51,806 nucleotides of DNA. Origin: an uncultured Pseudomonadota bacterium (lineage in GTDB: Bacteria; Pseudomonadota; Gammaproteobacteria; Steroidobacterales; Steroidobacteraceae). Shown here piece after piece: positions 10,134 to 22,667 of this stretch; position 1 is the first letter of the stretch, and each line of letters begins with the position of its first letter. Both the position numbers and the translations under genes were made by a program. The stretch is taken from positions 1 to 51,806 of the forward strand of contig CAIVTJ010000045.1 of NCBI GenBank assembly GCA_903908825.1, in the 5' to 3' direction. Under the pieces are notes generated by a model, which was given only the letters and a program-made list of their open reading frames with translations, was not told the origin of the DNA and made no database searches.

Positions 10134-11128
10134 CAGGGTCCACCCTCCAGCACAGGATCGATGCCATCCGGCTCGTCCGCGTCTTCATCGTCCTCATCGG
10201 CCAAGCTGGCCAGGGCGGCGACTGCTTCAGCCTCGGCCTGCTGCAAAGCGGCCTCAACCGCCGCACCATCGACGTCGATAGACGGCCGGCCGCCCCGCAC
10301 ATGCAGCGGCGCAAACGGTTCGGTCTGCACGATATCGACCAAGCCTTCCCGCACCAACTGCAACATCGCCATGAACGTGACCACCACGCCCATGCGCCCT
10401 TCTTCAGGACGGAACAGCGTTTCAAAACCCACAAACTGATCGGGCTGCAACAACGACAGGATGTGCGTCATGCGCTCGCGTACTGAAAGCCGCTCGCGCT
10501 GCACATGATGGTGGGCGAACATCTCGGCGCGCAATGCGACTTCGCGAAACGCCAGCAACATCTCGTGCAGCGACACCTCCGGCAGCAGGCGGGTGACGCG
10601 CCGTTCATCAAAGGCCGCCGTGGCCAACCAGTGGTCGCGCTCCAGACGCGGCACGGCATCGATGTGTTCGGCTGCGCGCTTAAACCGCTCATATTCCTGC
10701 AGCCGCCGCACCAGCTCCGCGCGCGGATCATCTTCGGTGCCTTGCGCCGGATCACTGGCACGCGGCAGCAGCATGCGTGACTTGATCTCGGCCAGCGTGG
10801 CCGCCATGACCAGATATTCGCCCGCCAATTCCAACTGCATCTCGCTCATCAATTCGATGTAGCGCGTGTACTGGCGCGTGATCTCAGCGATGGGGATGTC
10901 GAGGATGTCGAGGTTCTGCCGGCGGATCAGATACAGCAGCAAATCCAGCGGTCCCTCGAAGGCATCGAGAAACACTTCCAAAGCCTGCGGCGGGATGTAC
11001 AGATCGCGCGGCATCTCGGTCATGGGCTCACCGAGCACCATGGCGAAAGGCATCTCACCCTGCTCGGGCGAGAGCGGCAGATCAAAGCCTGCAGCCTCGA
11101 CCTGTGCGGTCAGCGTGGGGGTATTCAT
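10133..11128 (-). CDS. scpA: Segregation/condensation protein ScpA (kleisin)
   Basis: Motifs FEGPLDLLLYLI, KSRMLLP, DPRAELVRRLQEY and VVTFMAMLQL. Start ATG 11128 overlaps the trpS stop (ATGA). Confidence 0.94.
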   Translation of the reverse strand: MNTPTLTAQVEAAGFDLPLSPEQGEMPFAMVLGEPMTEMPRDLYIPPQALEVFLDAFEGPLDLLLYLIRRQNLDILDIPIAEITRQYTRYIELMSEMQLELAGEYLVMAATLAEIKSRMLLPRASDPAQGTEDDPRAELVRRLQEYERFKRAAEHIDAVPRLERDHWLATAAFDERRVTRLLPEVSLHEMLLAFREVALRAEMFAHHHVQRERLSVRERMTHILSLLQPDQFVGFETLFRPEEGRMGVVVTFMAMLQLVREGLVDIVQTEPFAPLHVRGGRPSIDVDGAAVEAALQQAEAEAVAALASLADEDDEDADEPDGIDPVLEGGP

Positions 11129-12336
11129 GGCGGCGTCAGGTGCATGACCGCACGCACTTCGGCCATGGTCTGACGCGCGGCGGCACGGGCTTTTTCGGCA
11201 CCGGCCTGCAAGAGTTCGGTGACCTGCTGCGGGTCCTGCTGAAACGGCTGTGCCCGCTGCTGCATCAGGCGGGTTTCGGCGACCACGGCATCGATCAGCG
11301 GTTTCTTGCAATCGAGACAACCGATGGCCGCCGAGCGGCAACCGGTCGCGACAGTCTGCTGTGTGGCTGCATCCGAATAGATGCGATGCAGATCCCAGAC
11401 CGGGCACTTGTCCGGATCACCCGGGTCGGTGCGGCGCGCGCGCGCCGGATCGGTCTGCATGGTGCGCAACTTGCGGGCGACTGAATCGGCATCCTCACGC
11501 AGGCCGATGGTGTTGCCGTAAGACTTGGACATCTTGCGGCCATCCAGTCCAGGCACCTTGGGCGTGGGCGTCAGCAACACCTGCGGCTCGGGCAGGATGC
11601 TGATCGACAAGCCGTCCACATAGCCCAGCAGACGCCGCGTATCTTCAGCATTGAGCCCTGCGGCCAACACCACGCTGCGTGCCACTTGCCGCGCCTGAGT
11701 ATCGCCGGACTGCTGCAACTGCCGGCGCGCCTGCGCGTACTGGTCGGCACCCGGGCTGCCCAACAGACGCGCCGACTTTTCGGCTTGTTTGGCAAAGTCC
11801 GGCTCGCTACCAAACAGATTGTTGAAGCGGCGGGCGATTTCGCGGGTGATTTCCACGTGCGCCACCTGATCTTCACCGACCGGTACAAACTCGGGCCGGT
11901 ACAGCAGGATGTCAGCGCTCTGCAGCAACGGGTAACCCAGAAAACCATAGGTCGCCAGGTCGCGATCCTTGAGCTGGGCCTGCTGATCTTTAAAGGTGGG
12001 CACGCGCTCCAGCCAACCCAGCGGCGTGACCATCGACAGCAGCAGGTGCAACTCGGCGTGCTCCGGCACCTGCGACTGCACGAACACCGTGGCCACAGCC
12101 GGATCGATACCGGCGGCCAGCCAGTCGATGACCATCTCGCGGATGTGCAGTTGCAATTGCGAGGTATCTTCGTAGCCGGTGGTCAGCGCATGCCAATCGG
12201 CAACAAAGAAAAACGCCTCATGCGTGTGCTGCAAAGCCACCCAGTTGCGCAAAGCACCGTGGTAGTTGCCCAGATGCAGTTGGCCGGTTGGGCGCATGCC
12301 CGACAGCACGCGACCGGTGGGTATAGGTGTATTCAT
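11125..12336 (-). CDS. trpS: Tryptophan--tRNA ligase
   Basis: Motifs SGMRPTG.LHLGN (HIGH), YPLLQSADIL, VPVGEDQ and KMSKS. Confidence 0.97.
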   Translation of the reverse strand: MNTPIPTGRVLSGMRPTGQLHLGNYHGALRNWVALQHTHEAFFFVADWHALTTGYEDTSQLQLHIREMVIDWLAAGIDPAVATVFVQSQVPEHAELHLLLSMVTPLGWLERVPTFKDQQAQLKDRDLATYGFLGYPLLQSADILLYRPEFVPVGEDQVAHVEITREIARRFNNLFGSEPDFAKQAEKSARLLGSPGADQYAQARRQLQQSGDTQARQVARSVVLAAGLNAEDTRRLLGYVDGLSISILPEPQVLLTPTPKVPGLDGRKMSKSYGNTIGLREDADSVARKLRTMQTDPARARRTDPGDPDKCPVWDLHRIYSDAATQQTVATGCRSAAIGCLDCKKPLIDAVVAETRLMQQRAQPFQQDPQQVTELLQAGAEKARAAARQTMAEVRAVMHLTPP

Positions 12337-12354
12337 AAGCGGCGCATTATAGGG

Positions 12355-12975
12355 TCAAGCAAAGGGCGTGATGTCGCCGCGACCGTGGCGGACGATCAGC
12401 GGCGGGGAAACTGTCAGATCGATGACCGTAGTGGGCTCTATACCGCAGTGGCCAGCGTCCAATATGGCGCCCAGCTGATCACCCAGCCGGTCGCGGATCT
12501 GCTGACCGTCGGTCAGCGGCAATTCATCGCCGGGCAGCAGCAAGGTCGAACTCATCAGCGGCTCACCCAGTTCAGCCAGCAGCATCAACGGCACAGGATG
12601 GTCGGGCACCCGGATGCCTATCGTGCGCCGCTTGGGATGCTGCAGCATCTTGGGCGTCTCGCGCGTGGCTTCCAGCAAAAAAGTATAGGCACCGGGGGTA
12701 CGCGCCTTGAGGATGCGAAACTGCGGCGTGTCGACGCGTGCATAGCGGGCGATCTCACTGAGGTCACGGCAGACCAGCGTGAAATGATGGTTTTTGTCGG
12801 CTTGGCGTATCCGCCGCACCCGCTCCAGCGCCTCGCGATCACCCACCCGGCACCCCAGCGCATAGCAGGAATCGGTGGGATAGGCGATCAACTGACCCTC
12901 GCGCATGACATCCACAGCCATCCGCACCAGACGGGCTTGCGGATTGCGCGGGTGAATTTCGAGGTACTGCGTCAC
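12355..12975 (-). CDS. yciO: YciO / Sua5-YrdC family protein
   Basis: Motifs HPRNPQARL, YPTDSCYALGC, TPGAYTF, TIGIRVP and PTTVIDL. Start taken as GTG 12975. Confidence 0.9.
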   Translation of the reverse strand: MTQYLEIHPRNPQARLVRMAVDVMREGQLIAYPTDSCYALGCRVGDREALERVRRIRQADKNHHFTLVCRDLSEIARYARVDTPQFRILKARTPGAYTFLLEATRETPKMLQHPKRRTIGIRVPDHPVPLMLLAELGEPLMSSTLLLPGDELPLTDGQQIRDRLGDQLGAILDAGHCGIEPTTVIDLTVSPPLIVRHGRGDITPFA

Positions 12976-13021
12976 TAGGCTATGATAATCGCCCGATGGC
13001 ACTACTGGCGGCCCATTGCCG

Positions 13022-13606
13022 ATGAACGCCCTGCTCGAATTCTCGCCGCTGCTGGCGTTCATGGTGGCTTACTACGTGGGCGGCATCTATGTGGCCACCA
13101 CGACGTTGATGGTGGCCATGATCGTGGCGCTGGCCGTCCTCTGGGTACGCTCCAGGCGTCTGCCGCGCATGTACCTGCTCAGCACGGTGCTGGTGCTGGT
13201 GTTCGGTTCCGCCACGCTCATTCTGCACAGCCCGGTCTTCATTCAATGGAAGCCGACCATCTTCATGTGGCTGGTGGCGGCGGCTTTTCTGCTCAGTGGC
13301 TTCTTCGGCACGCAAACCCTGGCGCAGCGGGTGCTGCAACCGGCACTGGGCACCGACATCGTGCCTGCCAAAATCTGGCAACGGGCCAACCTCATGTGGG
13401 TGGTGTTCTACGCCGTATCGGGCTTGGCCAACATTGCTGTGGCCCGGCTGTTTTCCGAACAGGTCTGGGTCTATTTCAAGGTCATCGGCCTGACGGTGCT
13501 CAGCTTGGCCTTCATCATGGCGCAGGCCTATTGGCTGGCGCGACTGGCTGCGCCCGCACCCGACCCCGAACCGGCGCCTGCCGACGCCGGCGCCACACCC
13601 GAATGA
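13022..13606 (+). CDS. yciB: Inner membrane protein YciB (IspZ)
   Basis: Several TM helices with GIYVAT, FIQWKPT and WVYFKVIG. Start ATG 13022 or TTG 13016. Confidence 0.92.
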   Translation: MNALLEFSPLLAFMVAYYVGGIYVATTTLMVAMIVALAVLWVRSRRLPRMYLLSTVLVLVFGSATLILHSPVFIQWKPTIFMWLVAAAFLLSGFFGTQTLAQRVLQPALGTDIVPAKIWQRANLMWVVFYAVSGLANIAVARLFSEQVWVYFKVIGLTVLSLAFIMAQAYWLARLAAPAPDPEPAPADAGATPE

Positions 13607-13896
13607 CTGCCGCTACCGACACGCCGGTGATGCAGGCTCTGCGCACCTGCCTGCAGCAGGCCTTGGCACCGGTCGAACTGACCATCGCCGACGAAAGCGC
13701 TGCACATGCCGGTCATGCCGGTGCAGCTTCCGGCGGGCACTATGCGGTGCGCATCGTATCGGCCCGGTTCACCGGTCTGGCCGTCTTGGCCCGGCATCGT
13801 CTGGTCTACGATGCGGCCGCCACACTGCTGCAAACCCGCATCCACGCACTGCGCATCGATGCCCGCACACCTGATTCTGTTTCCCCTCTCTCCTGA
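13603..13896 (+). CDS. bolA: BolA family protein
   Basis: C-terminal part of the track ORF 12982..13896: DESAAHAGH, GHY, RHRLVY and IHAL. ATGA overlap with the yciB stop. Confidence 0.92.
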   Translation: MTAATDTPVMQALRTCLQQALAPVELTIADESAAHAGHAGAASGGHYAVRIVSARFTGLAVLARHRLVYDAAATLLQTRIHALRIDARTPDSVSPLS

Positions 13897-13915
13897 CGCA
13901 AGGTAACTGACTGCC

Positions 13916-14743
13916 ATGAACAACAAACTGCTTTGGGCCGGCGCTGCTGGCTTAGTCGTCCTGCTGACCGTTTCCGGCTGCGAGAAGCTCAAGTCCACCT
14001 CAGCCACACCGACGACCGGCGCACCGGTAGCGGTCGTCAACGGCAAGTCCATCAGCCGCAATACCTTCGACTATTACGTGCAAGGCGTTACCGGCAAGCC
14101 GGCCAGCGAAGCCACCGACGAGCAAAAAGCGCAGCTGCTCGATAACCTGATCCGCGGCGAACTCATCGCCGCCCAAGCCGAGAAGAGCGAAGTCGGTCAG
14201 GCCCCCGAGACCCAGGCCGTGCTCGAACTGACACGGTTGAACGCGCTGCAACAAGCAGCCTCAGCGGCCTACCTGAAAGACCGCAAGCCCACCGACGAAG
14301 AGATGAAGGCCGAGTACGACCAGCAAATCGCCAGTCTGCCGGCCAGCGAATATCACGCCCGCCACATCCTGGTGGCCAACGAGGATTTCGCCAAAAAGCT
14401 CATCGAACAGCTGGACAAGGGCGCCCGCTTCGAGGACCTGGCCAAGAAAGAGTCGATGGACCCGTCCAAGGCCAATGGCGGCGATCTGGGTTGGTTCACG
14501 CCTGACCGCATGGTGCCGGCCTTTGCCGCGGCAGTGACCGGTCTCACCAAGGGCGCCTATACCAAGACACCGGTGCAGACGCAGTACGGCTGGCACATCA
14601 TCCGTCTCGAAGAAACCCGTGCCATGACCCCGCCGAGCTTGGATAGCGTCAAAGATCGCCTGAGCCAGATCGTGGCTGCCAAGAAGTTCAAGGCTTACGC
14701 CGACGAACTGGCCAAGACGGCGCACATTGAGAAGAAGCTGTAG
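13916..14743 (+). CDS. PpiC/parvulin-type peptidyl-prolyl isomerase, probable lipoprotein
   Basis: Lipobox-like VSGC, YHARHILV, GGDLGWF and TQYGWHII. Confidence 0.9.
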   Translation: MNNKLLWAGAAGLVVLLTVSGCEKLKSTSATPTTGAPVAVVNGKSISRNTFDYYVQGVTGKPASEATDEQKAQLLDNLIRGELIAAQAEKSEVGQAPETQAVLELTRLNALQQAASAAYLKDRKPTDEEMKAEYDQQIASLPASEYHARHILVANEDFAKKLIEQLDKGARFEDLAKKESMDPSKANGGDLGWFTPDRMVPAFAAAVTGLTKGAYTKTPVQTQYGWHIIRLEETRAMTPPSLDSVKDRLSQIVAAKKFKAYADELAKTAHIEKKL

Positions 14744-14778
14744 GAAAAACCCTACAGAAGATCGGGTGGTTTACCGAT
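14738..14778. promoter_or_regulatory. Tandem inverted-repeat operator candidates
   Basis: CTGTAGG-AAAAAC-CCTACAG (14738-14757) and ATCGG-GTGGTTTA-CCGAT (14761-14778), with centres 22 bp apart. Confidence 0.5.
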
Positions 14779-14858
14779 AGTCGCCCTGTGACATAAACCA
14801 CACACTTGATCCTTTAGCGGGTCGCCAGCCGTGCGGCGACCCGACAAAGGATTTGAGC

Positions 14859-17892
<3,034 letters not shown>

Positions 17893-17896
17893 GGTG

Positions 17897-20800
17897 TTAG
17901 GCCGCCGCCGTGTTCAGAGCCGCCAAACGCGCGGCTTCGTCGACATCAACCGTGACTACGCGTGATACGCCTGGTTCGTTCATGGTGATACCCAATAGCT
18001 GCGAGGCCAGTTCCATGGTGGTCTTGTTGTGCGTGATAAAGATGAACTGTACGCGCTCTGACATCTCGCGAACGATATCGCAGAAGCGATCGACGTTGCC
18101 TTCATCGAGGGGCGCGTCCACTTCATCGAGGATGCAAAACGGTGCCGGGTTCAAGTCGAAGATGGAGAACACCAGCGCCACGGCGGTCAGCGCCTTCTCA
18201 CCACCCGACAGCTGCGAGATCGAGCTGATGCGCTTGCCGGGCGGACGCGCCATCACAGCCACACCGGCCGTCAGGATGTCATCACCGACCATTTCAAGGT
18301 AGGCATGACCACCGCCGAAGAGGCGCGGGAACTTATCTTTGAGCCCGGTGTTGATACGGTTGAAAGTGTCTTCGAAGCGCGTACGGGTTTCTTTGTCGAT
18401 GCGGCGCATGGCTTGCTCCAGCGTATCAAGCGCATCGGTCAGGTCTTTGAACTGCGCATCCAGATAAGTCTTGCGCTCGTTCTGCTCACGCAGCTCATCG
18501 ATAGCGGCCAGGTTGACCTGCCCCAGCTTCAGCAAGTCTGTTTGCACGGCAGCGATGCGATCTTCCCACTGCAAAGCGTCGCCATCGGCGGGCACGGCCT
18601 CCATGACCTCTTCCAGGTCAAAGCGCAGCGCCGCAAACTGCTCGGCCAAGGACTCGCGACGCAATCGTGATTCCTGTACGCTCAATCGCGCTGACTCAAG
18701 CGCGCTGCGCGCTGCTTGCACGCGCTGCTCGGCTTGCAGCCTGCGCTCATCGAGTTCGCGCAGCTGTGCTTCGGCCGCTTCCAAGGAACGACGTGCTGCG
18801 GCCAACTCGGTTTCTGTCTCTAAGCGCCGCGCCAAGGCTTCATTCAGGTGCTGCTCCAGTTGCTCCAGCGGCTGATTGCCGGACAGCAGTTCCTGTTCGA
18901 GCTGCAACTGACGCTGCGCCACCTGCGTCTGCTGTTCCTGCATACGTAGCAGCGCTTGATCCATCGACTGCGCGGTAGAGCGCCGGCCTTCCAGTTGGAT
19001 CAGCAGCTCCCGTGCCCGCGCCTGCGCCGCTTGTGCGCGCTGCCGCGCCTCGTGCGCAGCCGTGCGTCGCTCCTGACGTTCAGCCTCCATCTCATGACGT
19101 TTGGCATCGAGCCGTTCGAGTTCGCTGCTGGCGGCATCAAAAGCAGCCCGCGAGCGGGCCAGAGCCAGCTGTGCCTTGTCTTGTTCGACCCGCACCTCGG
19201 CCGCTTCGTTGGCTATGCGCTCACGCCGCAGATCGGCTTGCTGGCTGCGCGCCCGGCCAGCCTCGAGTTGGCCACGCGCCTCGGAATGCGCGCGGTAGGC
19301 CGCCTGAATAGCCGACTGCATCGCATCGCGTTGACGCTCTAGCTCAACGACCTGCGCGCGCAGTTGCAGCACCTGCGCTTCCTGAGCTTTGACCGTGGCC
19401 TCGTGTTCGGCCAAGGTCTGGCGCAGCGTTTTGATGCGTTGTTCACGCTCGATGACGCCGGTGTGCACATCAGCGCCACGCACCGCGCGCAGCCAATCGC
19501 GACCGACCCATTCACCACTGCGGGTCACGAACGATTCCTGCGGCCCCAAACTGCTGCGCCGCGCCAGGGCATCACCCAACGAGTCAGCAGTGCGGATGCC
19601 GACCAGGCGCCGCACGATGGCAGCAGGGCCTTGCACCTGCGCGGCCAGCGACTGCGCATCGCTGCTGGATTCACCGGCACCGCCTTCGATGAGCATCACG
19701 TGGCCCTTATCGAAGCGCTCAAGGCTGGCGGCGACAGCATCGAGGGTGTCGATGCACACGGCTTCCAGGTAATCGCCCAGCACGGCCTCCACGCCGCGCT
19801 CCCAACCGGCAGACACCGTCAATTGCTCGGCCACGCGGGGACGTCCGGCCAGACCGGAGGCGTTCAACCAACGGCCCGACTCACGGTCGCGATCACCCAG
19901 CGCCACCTTCTGTAAGGCCTCCAGTGACATCTGTTCGGCGCGCACCTTCTCGCGCAGCTTACGGGCGGACTCCAGGTTCGCATCCAGCGCATGCTGCTGC
20001 TCGCGCAAAGTTTGCAAGGAAGCCAGCGTCGTCTTGAGTGAACCAGCCAACTCATCATTGGCCACACGCGTGGCGGCCTCGCGCTGTTCGAGCACCACCA
20101 GCGCAGCCGAGGCATCGGCCGCCAACAACTGCTCGTGCTCTATGGCCAAGCGATCGGCCTGCGTTCCTAAGCGGCGCAACTGTTCTTCAAATTGTTCGAT
20201 GCGCGTGCGTTCGACCTGCGTGGTCTGGCTGCTGGCACCTAACTCGCGATTGAACTGCTCCCACTGCATTTGCCAGTGCTGCAGGGCCTCATCCAATTGC
20301 GCCAACTCCACGCCACGGGCCTGCTCTGCGGCCTGCGCCTGCTCGGCTCCGGGCGCAAGCTGCGCGATCTCCCCGTGCAGGTTGGACAACGAAGCCTGAT
20401 CGCGACTGATCTGCTGCGAGAGTTCGGCCAGCATGGCGGTGGCGCGTGCCAATTCACCGCGGCGACGCTCGCGCAGTTCACGCGCGTGCGCCAGCGACTG
20501 CTCTGTACGCGAGACATCAGCGCCCTGCTCATAGGCACGGGCTTGGATGACAGCCAGTCGTTCGCTCTCGCCAGATTGATATTCGCGCTGTTTTTCGACG
20601 GCTGCTTCGGCACTGCGCTGCTCTGCCAGCGACTGCTGCAGGCTGAGGTCACAGTCACGCAATGCCCGGTCGTTGACGGCCGCGCCACTGTCAATGTCGC
20701 GTATGCGCAAGGCCAGCAGTTCGGCGCCTAAACGCCGCTCTTCATTCTTGAGGTCCTGATATTTACGCGCGCTGACGGCCTGACGCTGCAAGTGACGGAT

Positions 20801-21412
20801 CTGCTTTTCGACCTCATCACGGACATCCTGCAGACGCTCGAGGTTCTCGCGCGTGTCACTGACGCGCGCTTCGGTTTCGCGCCGCCGCTCTTTGTAACGG
20901 GATATGCCAGCGGCCTCTTCCACAAAGGCACGCATGTCTTCACTGCGCGCCTCGATAACGCGCGAGATCATGCCTTGTTCGATGATGGCGTAACTGCGGG
21001 CACCCAGACCCGTCCCCAGGAACAAGGTGGTGATGTCCTTGCGACGGCAACGCGCGCCATTGATGAAGTAGCCCGAGTTGCCATCGCGCGCGACCACGCG
21101 CTTGAGCGATATCTCGTTGTAGCTGGCGTAAGCGCCGGTGACTTTGCCATCGCTGTTGTCGAACAGCAGTTCGACCGATGCCGTGCCCACCTGCTTGCGT
21201 GCATTGGAGCCGTTGAAGATGACGTCAGTCATGGTCTCGCCGCGCAACTGCCGCGCCGACAACTCGCCCATGACCCAGCGGACGGCGTCGATGACATTGG
21301 ACTTGCCGCAGCCGTTCGGGCCGACCACGCCGGTCAGGTTGGACGGAAAACTGACTGTGGTCGGATCAACAAATGATTTGAATCCGGCCAGCTTGACCTT
21401 GGTAAGTCGCAT
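17897..21412 (-). CDS. smc: Chromosome segregation protein SMC
   Basis: GFKSF, Walker A GPNGCGKSN, coiled coils, LSGGEK signature and LDEVDAPLD. Confidence 0.97.
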   Translation of the reverse strand: MRLTKVKLAGFKSFVDPTTVSFPSNLTGVVGPNGCGKSNVIDAVRWVMGELSARQLRGETMTDVIFNGSNARKQVGTASVELLFDNSDGKVTGAYASYNEISLKRVVARDGNSGYFINGARCRRKDITTLFLGTGLGARSYAIIEQGMISRVIEARSEDMRAFVEEAAGISRYKERRRETEARVSDTRENLERLQDVRDEVEKQIRHLQRQAVSARKYQDLKNEERRLGAELLALRIRDIDSGAAVNDRALRDCDLSLQQSLAEQRSAEAAVEKQREYQSGESERLAVIQARAYEQGADVSRTEQSLAHARELRERRRGELARATAMLAELSQQISRDQASLSNLHGEIAQLAPGAEQAQAAEQARGVELAQLDEALQHWQMQWEQFNRELGASSQTTQVERTRIEQFEEQLRRLGTQADRLAIEHEQLLAADASAALVVLEQREAATRVANDELAGSLKTTLASLQTLREQQHALDANLESARKLREKVRAEQMSLEALQKVALGDRDRESGRWLNASGLAGRPRVAEQLTVSAGWERGVEAVLGDYLEAVCIDTLDAVAASLERFDKGHVMLIEGGAGESSSDAQSLAAQVQGPAAIVRRLVGIRTADSLGDALARRSSLGPQESFVTRSGEWVGRDWLRAVRGADVHTGVIEREQRIKTLRQTLAEHEATVKAQEAQVLQLRAQVVELERQRDAMQSAIQAAYRAHSEARGQLEAGRARSQQADLRRERIANEAAEVRVEQDKAQLALARSRAAFDAASSELERLDAKRHEMEAERQERRTAAHEARQRAQAAQARARELLIQLEGRRSTAQSMDQALLRMQEQQTQVAQRQLQLEQELLSGNQPLEQLEQHLNEALARRLETETELAAARRSLEAAEAQLRELDERRLQAEQRVQAARSALESARLSVQESRLRRESLAEQFAALRFDLEEVMEAVPADGDALQWEDRIAAVQTDLLKLGQVNLAAIDELREQNERKTYLDAQFKDLTDALDTLEQAMRRIDKETRTRFEDTFNRINTGLKDKFPRLFGGGHAYLEMVGDDILTAGVAVMARPPGKRISSISQLSGGEKALTAVALVFSIFDLNPAPFCILDEVDAPLDEGNVDRFCDIVREMSERVQFIFITHNKTTMELASQLLGITMNEPGVSRVVTVDVDEAARLAALNTAAA

Positions 21413-21477
21413 CGGGAGGAGATTTCCATTGGCACGCGCACAAGGGCGGATCGCTAGTGTAAATTACCGCCCCAATC

Positions 21478-21867
21478 ATGAGTACCAAACCTTCAACTTC
21501 GTTGGGAACCTTTCCCAACCCCGCCCCGCAGCGCGACTACACCATCCGCATGACCATGCCGGAGTTCACCTGCCTGTGCCCCATGACCGGCCAGCCGGAC
21601 TTTGCCACGCTCAAGCTCGAGTACGTGCCCGACCAGCTGTGTCTGGAGCTCAAGGCGCTCAAGCTCTACATCTGGTCATTCCGCGATCGCGGCTGCTACC
21701 ACGAGGCCGTGACCAACGAAATCATCGCCAACATGGTGGCCACCATCTCGCCGCGTTTCCTGCGGCTGACGGCCGAGTTTCTGGTCCGCGGCGGTATTTA
21801 CACGACCATCGTGGCCGAGCACCGGGCCTCCGGCTGGACTGCGGCCTCCGTCGTTCAATTGCCCTGA
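21478..21867 (+). CDS. queF: NADPH-dependent preQ0 reductase (short unimodular type)
   Basis: Motifs [26 protein letters not shown] and RGGI. Confidence 0.95.
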   Translation: MSTKPSTSLGTFPNPAPQRDYTIRMTMPEFTCLCPMTGQPDFATLKLEYVPDQLCLELKALKLYIWSFRDRGCYHEAVTNEIIANMVATISPRFLRLTAEFLVRGGIYTTIVAEHRASGWTAASVVQLP

Positions 21868-21926
21868 ACGGAAGCTGTACAGTCCCGGTCACACCGGTAT
21901 AATCGCGCGTCCTGCATCACAGGCTG

Positions 21927-22667
21927 ATGTTAAAGGAGCGCGAAATGGCGGCGAAACGACCCGTGGCCAAAAGTGCCAAAGCACACAAACCGGTAGCCGC
22001 TGTGGCAGCTGCCGGCAAACGCGCGACAGCCGCCAAGACCACGCCGCCACCTAAATCGCAAACACCCGCCAAATCATCCGCCGCAGTTCTGGATAAAAAG
22101 CCCGCAGTGAGCCCGCCCACGAAAAAGTCGGATAAGAAAAAAGCCCCTCCCGAGCAGATTCTGCCGGTTGAGGTCGATCCCGTCGAAGACGCCGATGGCG
22201 CTGACGGCCCTGAAAGCCCTGACAGCAACCTGCTCGCTGGACCTCGCAACGTAAAAGCCTACATACCGGCACGTGGCGAGCAGTACATGAACAAGGAGCA
22301 GCTCGGTCACTTCCGCACCATCCTGCAGACTTGGAAGCAAGATCTGATGATGGAAGTGGACCGTACCGTCTCGCACATGAAGGACGAAGCGGCCAACTTC
22401 CCCGATCCCAACGATCGCGCGACGCAGGAAGAAGAGTTCAGTCTCGAACTGCGCACGCGTGATCGCGAGCGCAAGCTGATCCGCAAGATCGACGAAGCCA
22501 TCAAGCGCATCGAAGACGGCAGCTACGGCTATTGCCTGGAAACCGGCGAGCACATCGGCATCAAACGCTTGGAAGCCCGACCGGTCGCCACGCTGAGCAT
22601 CGAGGCCCAAGAGCGCCGTGAACGTCGCGAGAAGCAATACGGCGATAGGGACGACCGCTACCGCTGA
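21927..22667 (+). CDS. dksA: RNA polymerase-binding protein DksA with an N-terminal low-complexity extension
   Basis: Coiled-coil tip FPDPNDRATQEEE, RDRERKL and RLEARP. A TATAAT -10 box lies at about 21898-21903. Confidence 0.95.
   Translation: MLKEREMAAKRPVAKSAKAHKPVAAVAAAGKRATAAKTTPPPKSQTPAKSSAAVLDKKPAVSPPTKKSDKKKAPPEQILPVEVDPVEDADGADGPESPDSNLLAGPRNVKAYIPARGEQYMNKEQLGHFRTILQTWKQDLMMEVDRTVSHMKDEAANFPDPNDRATQEEEFSLELRTRDRERKLIRKIDEAIKRIEDGSYGYCLETGEHIGIKRLEARPVATLSIEAQERRERREKQYGDRDDRYR

Noticed and set aside
11129..11407. N-terminal extension of ScpA in the ORF track
   Set aside because: It lies inside trpS; the ATG at 11128 gives a standard ATGA coupling.
11590..11820. Insertion of about 70 aa in TrpS
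   Set aside because: Similar helical insertions are familiar from other beta/gammaproteobacterial TrpRS, and it has no intein features.
11686..12978. 430-aa plus-strand ORF
   Set aside because: Antisense shadow of trpS/yciO; high-GC codon bias keeps reverse frames open, and it has no recognisable motifs.
12982..13602. N-terminal 200 aa of the 304-aa ORF, suggesting a BolA fusion
   Set aside because: It overlaps yciB in another frame; BolA has its own ATG at 13603 coupled to the yciB stop.
21413..21477. preQ1 riboswitch or sigma54 promoter upstream of queF
   Set aside because: There is no preQ1 stem with an A-rich tail, and TTGGCAC is not followed by TTGC at the -12 position. It looks like divergent sigma70 promoters.
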